A stretch of DNA of 17,005 bases from Arcobacter sp. (GCA_965662175.1 CBFIGT010000045.1:1-17005), one strand, 5' to 3'; counted from the first letter of the stretch, positions 1-9,856 are shown. Translations and numbers: made by a program. Notes: generated by a model from the sequence alone, not told the origin.

Positions 1-713
1 ACAATAGCTTTTTGATTAAATCTATTTGACATAAGAATTTGAAAAACATCTCCACTTCTTACCATCTCTTTAGAACGAGCTACCATATCAAAAAACTGCT
101 CTTTTGTGTAGTTGAATTTACCCTCATCTAAAAGTGTTGCTTTTTTTAAAGGTAAGAATTCATAAGGGGTAAATAACTCTTTTTCTATAAGTTCTAGTTT
201 TTTTTCACACTCTTTAATTGATGTAACCATAACTAATTGTGAAGTTTTATGGGAAAATCCAAGTATTATTTTAGGTCGTATTAAATCTAAATCTGGAATA
301 TTCAAATCATCTTGTAACTCATCCATATATGGTTTTAAAACAGGCTCAAACTCTTTTCCTATATCATAACCAACATTTCCAATAAAACCATCAATTAAGC
401 CAATTCCAAGCTCTTGTGATTTTGATTTGTAAATCTCTTTATCAAAGTTTTTATAATATTTTTTAAAAAATTTCAAAGGATTTGAATCAACTATTGACTC
501 TTCACCTTTTTCATTTTTGAAAAAGGTTTTTGAGCCTTTATGCCAAACTCTCTCCCTTGCACCTATTATTATATAAGAGTAGTTTCCATCACTTGAATTG
601 ATAGTACTTTCAAATAAAAAAGTAATTTCATCATTAAATAAATCTTTTACTTTTTTATAAATTGATACAGGTGTAAATTGGTCTAAAAAAAGTTCTTTTG
701 AATAAAAATGCAT
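1..713 (-). CDS. trpE: Anthranilate synthase component I family protein, 5' part (runs off the left edge; not in the ORF track)
   Basis: Manual translation from ATG at 713 (GAGG SD upstream): MHFYSKELFLDQFTPVSIYKKVK...FLFES...NYSYIIIG...GFIGNVGYD...KEQFFDMVARSKEMVRSGDVFQILMSNRF. The TP, LFES, GxxGYD and GDVFQ motifs are typical of TrpE/PabB chorismate-binding enzymes. The frame is open to position 1. Confidence 0.85.
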   Translation of the reverse strand, partial: MHFYSKELFLDQFTPVSIYKKVKDLFNDEITFLFESTINSSDGNYSYIIIGARERVWHKGSKTFFKNEKGEESIVDSNPLKFFKKYYKNFDKEIYKSKSQELGIGLIDGFIGNVGYDIGKEFEPVLKPYMDELQDDLNIPDLDLIRPKIILGFSHKTSQLVMVTSIKECEKKLELIEKELFTPYEFLPLKKATLLDEGKFNYTKEQFFDMVARSKEMVRSGDVFQILMSNRFNQKAI

Positions 714-725
714 TAATACTAACCT

Positions 726-1688
726 CTATAATTTTAGGATAAAAGCACTTTTGATTTTTAGTTTACTTTTTACAGAATCTATATTACTAGTTGCTTCATT
801 TCTATTGTTATAAGGTCCCACTAAAACTTTTGTAAAAATAGTTCCATTTACATTAACTTTATAAAATTTGTAGTTTAAATTATTATCTTCAAGATTTTTA
901 AGAAACTCTTTATCAATAGATTTTGAAAAAGCTCCAACTTGAATAAATATACCAGATGGCTTAGAACTACTTGATTCTTTGTATGTCGGTGTTTTAACAA
1001 GAGGTTTATCGATTTTTACAGCTTCAACTTTTTTAGGTTTAACTATCTCTTCAACTACAACTTTCTCTTTTTGTACATCAAAAATATCTTTTTTTATCTC
1101 ATTTGCTTTTTCAATATCCTCTTTTGAAGCTGTTGGCATAGCAATTTTTTTCTCTTCTTTTTGAATATTATTTAAATCTAATGATTCAGTAATACTCTTT
1201 TTTTCTTCTTCAGTTTTTGTTTTTAAATCTTCAATTGACTTTAATTTTTCATTTACAATTTTTTGATATTGTTGCTCTATGTTATTATCTAAAGGCTTAT
1301 CTTGAGTAATACTCTCTTTTTCTTTATTAAAAGTATCATCAGGTGCTGTTTCACTACTTAAAAGACGAAAAATTATTATAGTAATTAAAAATAGAACTGC
1401 AAGTACTAATCCTAAAATTATATACTTTTTCTTGTTATCTTGATTTTGTGATGAATTACTAGCACCTAATAAAATATCATCAAGTTCAGATTCTGTTTTA
1501 CTAACTTCCTCTTCATATGTAAAGTTATCATTACTTGCATATGGATTATTTTGTTCATAAGGATTTTTAGAGTGTGAAGATGAACTATTTTGAGCTTGTG
1601 ATTCAAGCTCAAATAGTCTCTCTTCTAATTCTGTTTTTTCTTGTTTAATCTGAACGTTTTTTATAAAATCTTCGCCTTTTATTTCCAT
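726..1688 (-). CDS. SPOR-domain membrane protein (DedD/FtsN-like septal peptidoglycan-binding protein)
   Basis: Low-complexity N-terminus, one TM helix (YIILGLVLAVLFLITIIIF), long K/E-rich linker, C-terminal SPOR motifs IFIQVGAFS...TKVLVGPY...A. Confidence 0.85.
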   Translation of the reverse strand: MEIKGEDFIKNVQIKQEKTELEERLFELESQAQNSSSSHSKNPYEQNNPYASNDNFTYEEEVSKTESELDDILLGASNSSQNQDNKKKYIILGLVLAVLFLITIIIFRLLSSETAPDDTFNKEKESITQDKPLDNNIEQQYQKIVNEKLKSIEDLKTKTEEEKKSITESLDLNNIQKEEKKIAMPTASKEDIEKANEIKKDIFDVQKEKVVVEEIVKPKKVEAVKIDKPLVKTPTYKESSSSKPSGIFIQVGAFSKSIDKEFLKNLEDNNLNYKFYKVNVNGTIFTKVLVGPYNNRNEATSNIDSVKSKLKIKSAFILKL

Positions 1689-1713
1689 AATAAGCCTTTT
1701 TAATTATTTATTA

Positions 1714-2976
1714 TTAATATGTTGAACTATTGTAAATTACAAAATTACTAGCTAACTCTTTTAACTCAGCTTTTACACTTTTTTGTAAATCTTCATTTTC
1801 AATATCATCTAAAACATCACAAATTTTATTTGCAATAATTTCAAACTCTTTCTCTTTCATCCCTCTTGAAGTAAGTGCTGGAGATCCAATTCTAACTCCT
1901 GAAGTTACAAATGGGCTTCTTGTTTCACCTGGAACTGTGTTTTTATTTACAGTAATTCCAGCATTTCCAAGTGCTGCATCTGCATCTTTTCCTGAAAATG
2001 GTTTATTTAAAAATGATACTAAAACTAAGTGATTATCTGTACCATCACTAACAATATCATATCCTCTTTTCATAAGAACATCAGCTAAAACTTTTGCATT
2101 AGCTTTTACTTGTTTTGCGTAATCTTTCCATGATGGGTCTAAAACCTCTTTAAATGCAACAGCTTTTGCAGCCATAACATGAACTAAAGGTCCACCTTGT
2201 AATCCTGGGAAAATAGCACTATTTACTTTTTTGGCAATATCTTCATCATTTGTCATAATCATACCACCTCTTGGACCTCTTAAAGTCTTGTGAGTAGTAG
2301 TTGTAACAACATCTGCATAAGGGAATGGACTCATATGCTCACCAGCTGCAACTAATCCTGCAATATGTGCAATATCAGCAAATAAAATAGCTCCAACTGC
2401 ATCAGCAATTTCTCTAAATTTAGCAAAATCAATCTCTCTTGCATATGCACTAGCACCACAAACGATAATTTTTGGTTGGCAAATTTGAGCAATTTCCATT
2501 ACTTTATCATAGTTAATTCTACCATCTAGCTCAACACCATAATAAAATGCACTATAGTTTTTACCTGAAAATGATGGTTTAGAACCATGTGTTAAGTGAC
2601 CACCGTGAGATAAGTCCATACCTAAAATTTTATCACCAGCTTTTAATAATGCTGCATAAACAGCACCATTTGCTTGGCTTCCTGCGTGTGGTTGAACATT
2701 TGCAAATTTACATCCAAAAATCTCACAAGCTCTATCAATAGCTAATTGTTCAGCTTTATCAGCAAACTCACATCCACCATAATATCTCTTATAAGGATAA
2801 CCCTCAGCATACTTATTTGTAAATACAGAACCCATAGTTTGCATAACAGCTGGGCTTGTAAAGTTTTCACTAGCAATCATCTCTAAGTGATCAGTTTGTC
2901 TTTGTAATTCGCACTCAACGATATCAAAAATCTCTTTATCTGCTTCTTGTAGACTTTTGTTACTAATATAACTCAT
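1714..2976 (-). CDS. glyA: Serine hydroxymethyltransferase
   Basis: [31 protein letters not shown], and the PLP-lysine motif [14 protein letters not shown]. Confidence 0.99.
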   Translation of the reverse strand: MSYISNKSLQEADKEIFDIVECELQRQTDHLEMIASENFTSPAVMQTMGSVFTNKYAEGYPYKRYYGGCEFADKAEQLAIDRACEIFGCKFANVQPHAGSQANGAVYAALLKAGDKILGMDLSHGGHLTHGSKPSFSGKNYSAFYYGVELDGRINYDKVMEIAQICQPKIIVCGASAYAREIDFAKFREIADAVGAILFADIAHIAGLVAAGEHMSPFPYADVVTTTTHKTLRGPRGGMIMTNDEDIAKKVNSAIFPGLQGGPLVHVMAAKAVAFKEVLDPSWKDYAKQVKANAKVLADVLMKRGYDIVSDGTDNHLVLVSFLNKPFSGKDADAALGNAGITVNKNTVPGETRSPFVTSGVRIGSPALTSRGMKEKEFEIIANKICDVLDDIENEDLQKSVKAELKELASNFVIYNSSTY

Positions 2977-3003
2977 TTTATTTCTCCTGTTTTGTTTAAT
3001 TTT

Positions 3004-4521
3004 TTAGTTTTCTTCATCTGAATGTAAATCTATTTCATTTTTGATTGGTTTCATTGCTGGAAATAGTAATACATCTCTAATACTATGTTGGTTTGTTAAC
3101 ATCATTACAAGTCTATCAATACCAATACCTTGACCTGCTGTTGGTGCCATACCATAAGATAAGGCATTTACAAAATCTTCATCCATTTCGTGTGCTTCAT
3201 CATCACCTGAATCTTTTGCAGCCATTTGTCCCTCAAATCTACTTAGTTGATCAAGTGGGTCATTTAACTCACTAAAGGCATTTGCTATTTCACGTCCTGC
3301 AATAAAAAGTTCAAATCTATCTGTTAAATGTGTTTTTTCATCGCTTCTTCTAGCAAGTGGTGAAATTTCAACTGGATATTCAGTGATAAATGTTGGATTT
3401 ATTAGTTTATCTTCAACAAATTCATCAAATAATTCACCTTGTAATTGACCTAAATTCATACTCTCTTTTACATCTAAGTTTTTCTCTTTCATAAAAGCAA
3501 TAATTTTATCTTTATCTTCAACAATATCTTGTGGAACACCACCAATTTCATATAGTGATTGAATTAATGGAATTTCAGAAAATTTAGTAAAATCAACTTT
3601 TAAATCACCATAAGGTAAAGTTGTTGGTAAATCTAAATGCTCAAATAAATAATCAAAATACTCTTTTGTTATTTCAATTAAATCTTTATATGTTTTATAT
3701 GCCCAATAAAACTCAATAGAGGTAAACTCAGGATTATGTGTTGCATCCATACCTTCATTTCTGAAGTTTCTATTGATTTCAAATACAGCTTCAAATCCAC
3801 CAACTATTAGTCTTTTTAGATATAATTCAGGTGCAATTCTTAAAAATCTATCAACACCTAAGGCATTGTGATGAGTTGTAAAAGGTTTAGCATTTGCTCC
3901 ACCTGCAATTGGGTGCATCATTGGAGTTTCAACTTCCAAGAAACCTTTATCTTCAAAAAATCTTCTTGTTAAGCTTATTACTTTTGATCTTGTATGAAAA
4001 GTTTTTCTAACTTCACTATTCATAATTAAGTCTAAATATCTTTGTCTATATCTTAACTCTTTATCTTGGATTCCATGATATTTTTCAGGAAGTGGTGAAA
4101 TTGCTTTTGTAAGAATTTGTAAACTATCAACATGAAGAGATAACTCACCTTTACCTGTAACAAAAGGGTATCCACCAACTTCAATAATATCTCCAACTTC
4201 AACAGTTTTTTTGAATATGTCGTTATAGAAACCCTCAGGTAAATTATCTCTTGCAATATAAATTTGTAGAATTCCGCTCTCATCTTCAATCTTAAGAAAA
4301 CTAGCTTTTCCCATAAGTCTAAAGAATTTAATTCTTCCTGCAACTATATAGTTTCTTGTTTCATCTCTTTTATCTTCTTTTTGGAAAATATCACTATTTA
4401 CATTTAAGTATTTTGAAATAGTAGTATTTCTTTTTGATTCATTTGCATAAGGGTTTATACCCAATTCTCTAAGCTTATCAGCTTTTTCAATTCTTTGTTG
4501 TATATATTTATTTTCAAACAA
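3004..4521 (-). CDS. lysS: Lysine--tRNA ligase, class II (TTG start)
   Basis: [29 protein letters not shown], motif 2 FRNEG...HNPEFT, motif 3 [16 protein letters not shown] precedes the TTG. Confidence 0.99.
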   Translation of the reverse strand: MFENKYIQQRIEKADKLRELGINPYANESKRNTTISKYLNVNSDIFQKEDKRDETRNYIVAGRIKFFRLMGKASFLKIEDESGILQIYIARDNLPEGFYNDIFKKTVEVGDIIEVGGYPFVTGKGELSLHVDSLQILTKAISPLPEKYHGIQDKELRYRQRYLDLIMNSEVRKTFHTRSKVISLTRRFFEDKGFLEVETPMMHPIAGGANAKPFTTHHNALGVDRFLRIAPELYLKRLIVGGFEAVFEINRNFRNEGMDATHNPEFTSIEFYWAYKTYKDLIEITKEYFDYLFEHLDLPTTLPYGDLKVDFTKFSEIPLIQSLYEIGGVPQDIVEDKDKIIAFMKEKNLDVKESMNLGQLQGELFDEFVEDKLINPTFITEYPVEISPLARRSDEKTHLTDRFELFIAGREIANAFSELNDPLDQLSRFEGQMAAKDSGDDEAHEMDEDFVNALSYGMAPTAGQGIGIDRLVMMLTNQHSIRDVLLFPAMKPIKNEIDLHSDEEN

Positions 4522-4533
4522 TACTAATATCCT

Positions 4534-5241
4534 TTACTTTTTTTCTTCTGTATTTGTAATATTATCTTTGATTATTTCAGCACCTGTTTCTTTTACTTTT
4601 TCAACTGCTTGTGTAGTTGCTTTTTCAATAGTTTCACCTAATGTTTTTATTTTCTCTTGAGTTTTTTCAATAATAGGTTCAGCTTTTTCTTCTACACTAT
4701 TTGTTTTCTCTTCAATCTCTTCTTTAGCTTCATCATTTTTTGATGATGTAAATTTTGAAGTATCAAGTTTTACAATATATCCACCTGTTTGAACTAAATA
4801 AGGAAACATCATTGATTTTTCAAACTTTTTTTCAAGTGTTGATTTGAATGATTCAATTTGGTATAAGGCATAAACGATAACAGAAATTATTAAAAATATC
4901 TTACCTGTACCAAAAATAAAACCTAAAACTCTATTTACAACACCAAGACCACTCATTTCAGTAATTTTGCTTAAAATTGAACCTAAAATATAGACAATTA
5001 ACCAAAATCCAACTAAAGTAACAATAAATCCAATCAAAGATAAAGTAGCTTCACTTTGGATTCCTAAAATAGGCTTTATAATTTCTCCAACTTTTTCTGA
5101 CATTCTAGATGCTACAAATATAGCCCCAATAATACCAACTAATCCGAAAACCTCTTTTATAAATCCTCTAAAAAGACCCTTTAATCCTAAAACTAAAGAA
5201 ATACCAACAATTATCATATCAAAAGTTGTAAACTCTTGCAT
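4534..5241 (-). CDS. cvpA: CvpA (colicin V production) family membrane protein with a charged C-terminal extension
   Basis: FDMII...GLFRGFIKEVFGLVG and NRVLGFIFG family motifs, about four TM segments, adjacent to lysS. Confidence 0.9.
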   Translation of the reverse strand: MQEFTTFDMIIVGISLVLGLKGLFRGFIKEVFGLVGIIGAIFVASRMSEKVGEIIKPILGIQSEATLSLIGFIVTLVGFWLIVYILGSILSKITEMSGLGVVNRVLGFIFGTGKIFLIISVIVYALYQIESFKSTLEKKFEKSMMFPYLVQTGGYIVKLDTSKFTSSKNDEAKEEIEEKTNSVEEKAEPIIEKTQEKIKTLGETIEKATTQAVEKVKETGAEIIKDNITNTEEKK

Positions 5242-5260
5242 ATATTTCCTTTTATATAAT

Positions 5261-5280
5261 ATTTGGCAATTATATCTAAA
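5261..5280 (-). promoter_or_regulatory. Putative sigma70 promoter of the cvpA-lysS-glyA operon (gaTATAAT followed by TGCC)
   Basis: Minus strand reads TTTAGATATAATTGCCAAAT, followed by an AAAGGA SD and the cvpA ATG. Matches the Campylobacterota gnTAnaAT -10 consensus. Confidence 0.6.
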
Positions 5281-5305
5281 ATAGTTGAAATAAAAGTTTA
5301 ATAGA

Positions 5306-7492
5306 TTATTTACGAAGAGTTATTGTAAAATTTGCACCATAAAAGTTTTCACCTTCATAGCTAAAATTCTCATTTTTTACTGTTATTTTAAAATTCATAT
5401 TATTTTCTAAAATATTTTGTGCCATATATAAACCTATTCCTGTACCTTGGCTTTTATGCTTGGTTGTAAAATATGGTTCAAAAATATGCTCTAATAACTC
5501 TTTTTTTATCCCTTTTGCATTATCTTTAATGGATAAACTTGAATTATCTAATTCTATTAAAATTAATTTTTTAGAAATATTATTTTCTATGAGTGCATCA
5601 ATACTATTGTTGATTATATTTAAAATAGCTTGTTGAAACTCATTTTTATATCCAAAGATATTTTTTTCATCTTTTATAATAACATCAAATAAAATATCTT
5701 TAGATTTTAATTTTTCAGAAATTAGGTTTTTATTGTAGTAAATTATCTCTTTTAGAGAAAACTCCTGTTTCTCTTTATCTTGTTTGAAAAAGTTTCTAAA
5801 ATCCTCTATTGTTTTAGAAAGATAGTTTGAACTCTCCATAATATGATTACAATAATAGACTATTTCAGCATCATCTAACTCTCCAACTAGTTTTTTTACC
5901 TGCATTGAACTTGCTGAAGAGCTTATTGCACTTAATGGTTGTCTCCATTGATGGGCAATATTATTTAACATTTCACCCATGGCTGCCATTTTATTTTGTT
6001 GAAAAAGAATTGCATCTTTTTCTTTGTTTTTTGCTATTTCCTCTTTGATTTTTATTTCCAAAGAATCATTTAGATTTTTAAGCTCTTTAGTTTTCATTTC
6101 AACTAAAAACTCTAAATTATTATTTAGTTTCTCTAATTGAAACTTCTGTTTTATATCTAAGGTAATATTTGTAAATGTAACAATTATATAAGGTTTATCC
6201 TCATTTTTAAATTGGCTTAAATTCACATTCATTGCAAAATACTCAAGCTCTTTGTTTTTTTCCATAGCACACTTAAAACTTTTTTCTGGATGTGCTAAAA
6301 TATGTTCAGCCCAATTACGACCATCATAATCTTTATCTATTAGATAATTTTCATCATTGATATCAATAAATTTTTCACAAATACAATTATGTAGTTTTTT
6401 AAACTCATCAATTGATTTAAACTCATTAAAAAACTCTAAAAACTGTTTATTTGCATTGTTTAGTATTTTACCATCGGTAATAATTATTATATTCTTTTGA
6501 GAATCAAGAATTTGCTGAGATTTCTTTTTTTCAGTTAACATCTTATTTGAATAAAAATAATAAAAAATTAAAGTTGAAATTAGTACAAATAGAATAATTG
6601 TAAATATTAAGTAAAATATAAAACTTTTTTTAAAGTTAGAAATCTCACTAATATCTATATCTTTTAATTTTTTGACCAAAATTATATAAGCTATATTTTC
6701 ATTTTTGTTATTTGTTATTTTATAATTGAAAATAAAATTATCATCTATAAGTAAAAAATTATTTAGATTAATAATTTTTTCAATATCATATTTTTCAATA
6801 GTTTTTACTAAACTTTCTGTTTCATCTAAATTTGCAATATAATACTCATCTAAAAATTTTTTTGAAAAAGGGTGAGTTAATTTTTTATAAAATCTTTTAT
6901 CTGCCAAAATTAAAACATCCATATTAGACTCTTTTAAAATCCTAGAAATAGAGTTAAAATGTGTAATTACCTCAAAAATACCTATAAAACTATTTTTATC
7001 AAAAATTGGAACCATTGATTTAAATGTCATATCATATTTACCAACACTAATAGTTGACTGGTTTTTTTGGTTTTTTAGTATATTTTGAACATCATATCTA
7101 AATAGAAGAGAATCACCTTTCTCTTTACTCCAGCTTCTATAGAGACTTTTTCCCTCTTTATCCATAATTTGAAACCATACATTTTTAAATTTTGTTTCTT
7201 CTCTTAGTTCTAAAGATAAATTTTCAAAATCTAGAAGAGTAAAATCTTTGCTTATTATAAAATTTTTAATATTTTCTGATTTTGCTAGGGCTATGGAAAA
7301 TGATTGTGTTGCATTTTTTTTATCTTCAATTAAAAAATCAATATTTTTGCTTAATTGATTAGATAGAAGTTCATATTTATTTTTTAAAAGTCTTTGTTCT
7401 TCTTTATTTATGTAACTATATGAGCTTATAAAAAAGACAAAAACTACTAATATAGATATGAAAAGGTAAAGTGATAATTTTTTTTTGTTCAT
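5306..7492 (-). CDS. Membrane sensor histidine kinase (periplasmic Cache-like domain, PAS-like domain, HisKA, HATPase)
   Basis: Two TM helices flank a periplasmic domain; PAS-like ILDSQKNIIIITDG..NANKQFLEFF; H-box MGEMLNNIAHQWRQPL; N-box NIINNSIDA; G1 DNAKGI; F-box IFEPYFTTK; G2 GTGIGLY. Confidence 0.93.
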   Translation of the reverse strand: MNKKKLSLYLFISILVVFVFFISSYSYINKEEQRLLKNKYELLSNQLSKNIDFLIEDKKNATQSFSIALAKSENIKNFIISKDFTLLDFENLSLELREETKFKNVWFQIMDKEGKSLYRSWSKEKGDSLLFRYDVQNILKNQKNQSTISVGKYDMTFKSMVPIFDKNSFIGIFEVITHFNSISRILKESNMDVLILADKRFYKKLTHPFSKKFLDEYYIANLDETESLVKTIEKYDIEKIINLNNFLLIDDNFIFNYKITNNKNENIAYIILVKKLKDIDISEISNFKKSFIFYLIFTIILFVLISTLIFYYFYSNKMLTEKKKSQQILDSQKNIIIITDGKILNNANKQFLEFFNEFKSIDEFKKLHNCICEKFIDINDENYLIDKDYDGRNWAEHILAHPEKSFKCAMEKNKELEYFAMNVNLSQFKNEDKPYIIVTFTNITLDIKQKFQLEKLNNNLEFLVEMKTKELKNLNDSLEIKIKEEIAKNKEKDAILFQQNKMAAMGEMLNNIAHQWRQPLSAISSSASSMQVKKLVGELDDAEIVYYCNHIMESSNYLSKTIEDFRNFFKQDKEKQEFSLKEIIYYNKNLISEKLKSKDILFDVIIKDEKNIFGYKNEFQQAILNIINNSIDALIENNISKKLILIELDNSSLSIKDNAKGIKKELLEHIFEPYFTTKHKSQGTGIGLYMAQNILENNMNFKITVKNENFSYEGENFYGANFTITLRK

Positions 7493-7513
7493 TTTCCCTC
7501 TCTTTGTTAGGAA

Positions 7514-7522
7514 ATTGTATCA
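7514..7522 (-). promoter_or_regulatory. Putative extended -10 promoter (TGATACAAT) for the histidine kinase
   Basis: Minus strand TG-A-TACAAT about 21 nt upstream of the ATG, with a GAGAGGG SD between. Confidence 0.5.
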
Positions 7523-7577
7523 TTTTATTAATAAAATTAAATTAGAAAATATATTTATTCATAAATTAATTTTTTTT

Positions 7578-7586
7578 TGATAGAAT
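7578..7586 (+). promoter_or_regulatory. Putative extended -10 promoter (TGATAGAAT) for ispG, positioned for a leaderless transcript
   Basis: The hexamer TAGAAT (7581-7586) lies at -12..-7 relative to the A of the ispG ATG (7593). No SD sequence is present. Confidence 0.6.
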
Positions 7587-7592
7587 TGCCAA

Positions 7593-8660
7593 ATGATAAA
7601 AAGATACCCTACAAAAAAAATATATGTTGGAAATGTTGCAATAGGTGGTGATGCACCAATTTCGGTTCAGTCAATGACATACACTAAAACTTCAGATATT
7701 GAAGCTACAGTTGAGCAAATTAGGCAACTGCATTTTGCAGGTGCTGATATAGTAAGAGTCGCAGTACCTGATATGGAGGCAGCACTTGCACTTAAATCTA
7801 TAAAAGAACAAACATCTTTGCCTTTGGTAGCTGATATTCATTTTAACTATAAATTAGCATTAATAGCTGCTGAAAGTGTTGATTGTATAAGATTAAATCC
7901 GGGTAATATTGGAAGTAAAGATAGAGTTAGGGAGGTTGTTAAAGCTTGTAAAGAGCGAAATCTTCCAATTCGTATTGGAGTTAATTGTGGAAGCTTAGAA
8001 AAGGAGTTTGAGGATAAATATGGGCAAACTCCAAAAGGTATGGTGGCAAGTGCAGATTATAATATTAAGTTTTTAGAAGATTTAGGATTTACTGATATTA
8101 AAGTTTCTCTAAAAGCTAGTGATGTTCAAAGAACTGTTCAAGCATATAGAGAGCTTAGACCTATGAATAATTATCCTTTTCACTTGGGTGTTACAGAAGC
8201 TGGAACACTATTTCACTCAACAATTAAATCATCAATTGCTTTAGGATCTTTACTTCTTGATGGTATTGGTGATACTATGAGAATATCTATTACAGGTGAG
8301 CTTGAAAAAGAGATAGAGGTTGGTCGTGCTATTTTAAAAGATGCAGGACTTACAAAAGAGGGATTAAATATAATCTCTTGTCCCACATGTGGAAGAATAG
8401 AGGCTGATTTAGTTAGTGCCGTGGCACTTGTTGAAGAGAAAACAAAACATATAAAAACACCACTAAATATCTCTGTTATGGGATGTGTTGTAAATGCTTT
8501 AGGTGAAGCAAAATCAGCTGATGTTGCTATTGCTTATGGAAAAGGAAGTGGACTTATCATCAAAAAAGGTGAAACAATAGCTAAACTTCCAACAGAAGAG
8601 CTTCTTGATAGATTTTTAGAAGAGGTTGAAAAAGAGGTTGAAGCACAAAAAGAGGTTTAA
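7593..8660 (+). CDS. ispG: (E)-4-hydroxy-3-methylbut-2-enyl-diphosphate synthase (MEP pathway)
   Basis: [50 protein letters not shown]; Fe-S ligands SCPTCGR and [10 protein letters not shown]. Confidence 0.99.
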   Translation: MIKRYPTKKIYVGNVAIGGDAPISVQSMTYTKTSDIEATVEQIRQLHFAGADIVRVAVPDMEAALALKSIKEQTSLPLVADIHFNYKLALIAAESVDCIRLNPGNIGSKDRVREVVKACKERNLPIRIGVNCGSLEKEFEDKYGQTPKGMVASADYNIKFLEDLGFTDIKVSLKASDVQRTVQAYRELRPMNNYPFHLGVTEAGTLFHSTIKSSIALGSLLLDGIGDTMRISITGELEKEIEVGRAILKDAGLTKEGLNIISCPTCGRIEADLVSAVALVEEKTKHIKTPLNISVMGCVVNALGEAKSADVAIAYGKGSGLIIKKGETIAKLPTEELLDRFLEEVEKEVEAQKEV

Positions 8661-8670
8661 TCCTCTTTTT
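8647..8670. terminator. Probable bidirectional intrinsic terminator between convergent ispG and the reductase gene
   Basis: AAAAAGAGG-TTTAAT-CCTCTTTTT perfect 9-bp inverted repeat with A and T tails, overlapping both stop codons. Confidence 0.6.
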
Positions 8671-9772
8671 AGTTTTTGATTACGTGCTTAATAATTTTTA
8701 AAACAGTTTGAAAAAAACCTAAAGGTTGAGCTGTCCCTTCCCAATATTGTAATCCTCTTTGTTGTAGTTTTTCATTTTGAAAAAATGAAATCATTTTATC
8801 GCACATAAAAGTTGATGATAAAAATATTTTTTGCATAGTTTTGAAAAACTTAAATCTTTTTCTATATTTTTTATTCCAGTTTATCTCGTAGTTTTCAGGT
8901 TTATTTTCTATAATTGCATCTGCTAAAACAGAAGCTGATTGCATTACATAATAAATTCCCTCATAAGAAAAAGGTAAAACCTGTCCTGCTGCATCTCCTA
9001 ATAAAAATACTCTATCTTCATAAAGTAGTGAACCATCATTCCAAGTTGGAATATAAAAACCTTTTACTTTTGTATCATCATTTGGGGCAACTCTATCTTT
9101 AAAGTTTTTAAATAAAGTATCTGTATCAACACCCTCTTTAAATACAGAACCAACTGAAAGCTTATCACCATGGGGGAAAACCCAAGCATACTCATTTGGT
9201 GCAAACTCTTCTCCAAAATAAAACTCACACTTATCAATATCTTTTTTTGGTATATTTGCATAAATAGTAAGTATCTTTTCTTGGTTTGATTGGGATAATT
9301 GTTTTCTTACAGTTGATGTAACTCCATCAGCTCCAACTAAATAGTGTGATTTAATGATTTTTGTTTCATTATTGATTTTTACATATGAATAAACAAATTC
9401 ATCTTTTCTCTCAAATTTTAAAAATCTTCCAAATAGTAATTCAGAACCCTCTTTTTTAGCTAAATCTCTGTTTAATTTGTCGAAATCTTTTCTTAATACT
9501 ATTGAGATTGGTGTTTTTGATAGATTTACTGAAACTTTTTTATTTGGTGAAAAAAGATCAAATTTTGTAATTCTTTTTGATTCTATCTCTTTGGGAATAT
9601 CGAACTCTTCATAAACAATTGATTTTATTCCTCCACCGCATGGTTTATCATAATTATCATTTTTCTCAATTAAAATATTTGAAATATTGTTTTTAGATAG
9701 TTTTCTAGCTAGTGTAGAACCAGCTGGTCCACCACCAATAATAAGAGTGTTTGTTTCTAAATCAAAATGCAT
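8669..9772 (-). CDS. Geranylgeranyl reductase family FAD-dependent oxidoreductase (ChlP/BchP/MenJ-like)
   Basis: Rossmann IIGGGPAGS, KPCGGG, LRKDFD, VGADG, YAWVFP (GGR YxWxFP), GDAAGQVLPFSYEGIYY. Start moved from the track's GTG at 9862 to the ATG at 9772 (MHFDLE...), which has an AGGA SD and a gaTAAAAT -10 at 9801-9808. Confidence 0.82.
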   Translation of the reverse strand: MHFDLETNTLIIGGGPAGSTLARKLSKNNISNILIEKNDNYDKPCGGGIKSIVYEEFDIPKEIESKRITKFDLFSPNKKVSVNLSKTPISIVLRKDFDKLNRDLAKKEGSELLFGRFLKFERKDEFVYSYVKINNETKIIKSHYLVGADGVTSTVRKQLSQSNQEKILTIYANIPKKDIDKCEFYFGEEFAPNEYAWVFPHGDKLSVGSVFKEGVDTDTLFKNFKDRVAPNDDTKVKGFYIPTWNDGSLLYEDRVFLLGDAAGQVLPFSYEGIYYVMQSASVLADAIIENKPENYEINWNKKYRKRFKFFKTMQKIFLSSTFMCDKMISFFQNEKLQQRGLQYWEGTAQPLGFFQTVLKIIKHVIKN

Positions 9773-9845
9773 AAATTTTCCTAAAATAATATTGAAAGGT
9801 ATTTTATCTTTAAACTTATAATATAAAGTTAAAATTATATATACA

Positions 9846-9856
9846 TTGGATAAAAT
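9846..9856 (+). promoter_or_regulatory. Putative sigma70 -10 promoter for dnaB (TTGGATAAAAT)
   Basis: gnTAAAAT followed by GC-rich GGCCAC. The same 11-mer lies upstream of hldD (15759-15769). Confidence 0.5.

Noticed and set aside
979..1164. 61-aa plus-strand ORF
   Set aside because: Antisense shadow of the K/E-rich SPOR linker; F/S-rich composition, no SD or motif.
3093..3275. 60-aa plus-strand ORF
   Set aside because: Antisense to conserved lysS; no recognisable features.
4053..4343. 96-aa minus-strand ORF in an alternative frame
   Set aside because: Lies wholly inside intact lysS; no evidence of frameshifting or independent translation signals.
8914..9261. Two small ORFs (8914-9102 +, 9064-9261 -)
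   Set aside because: Both are nested in the intact reductase gene and are most likely chance frames.
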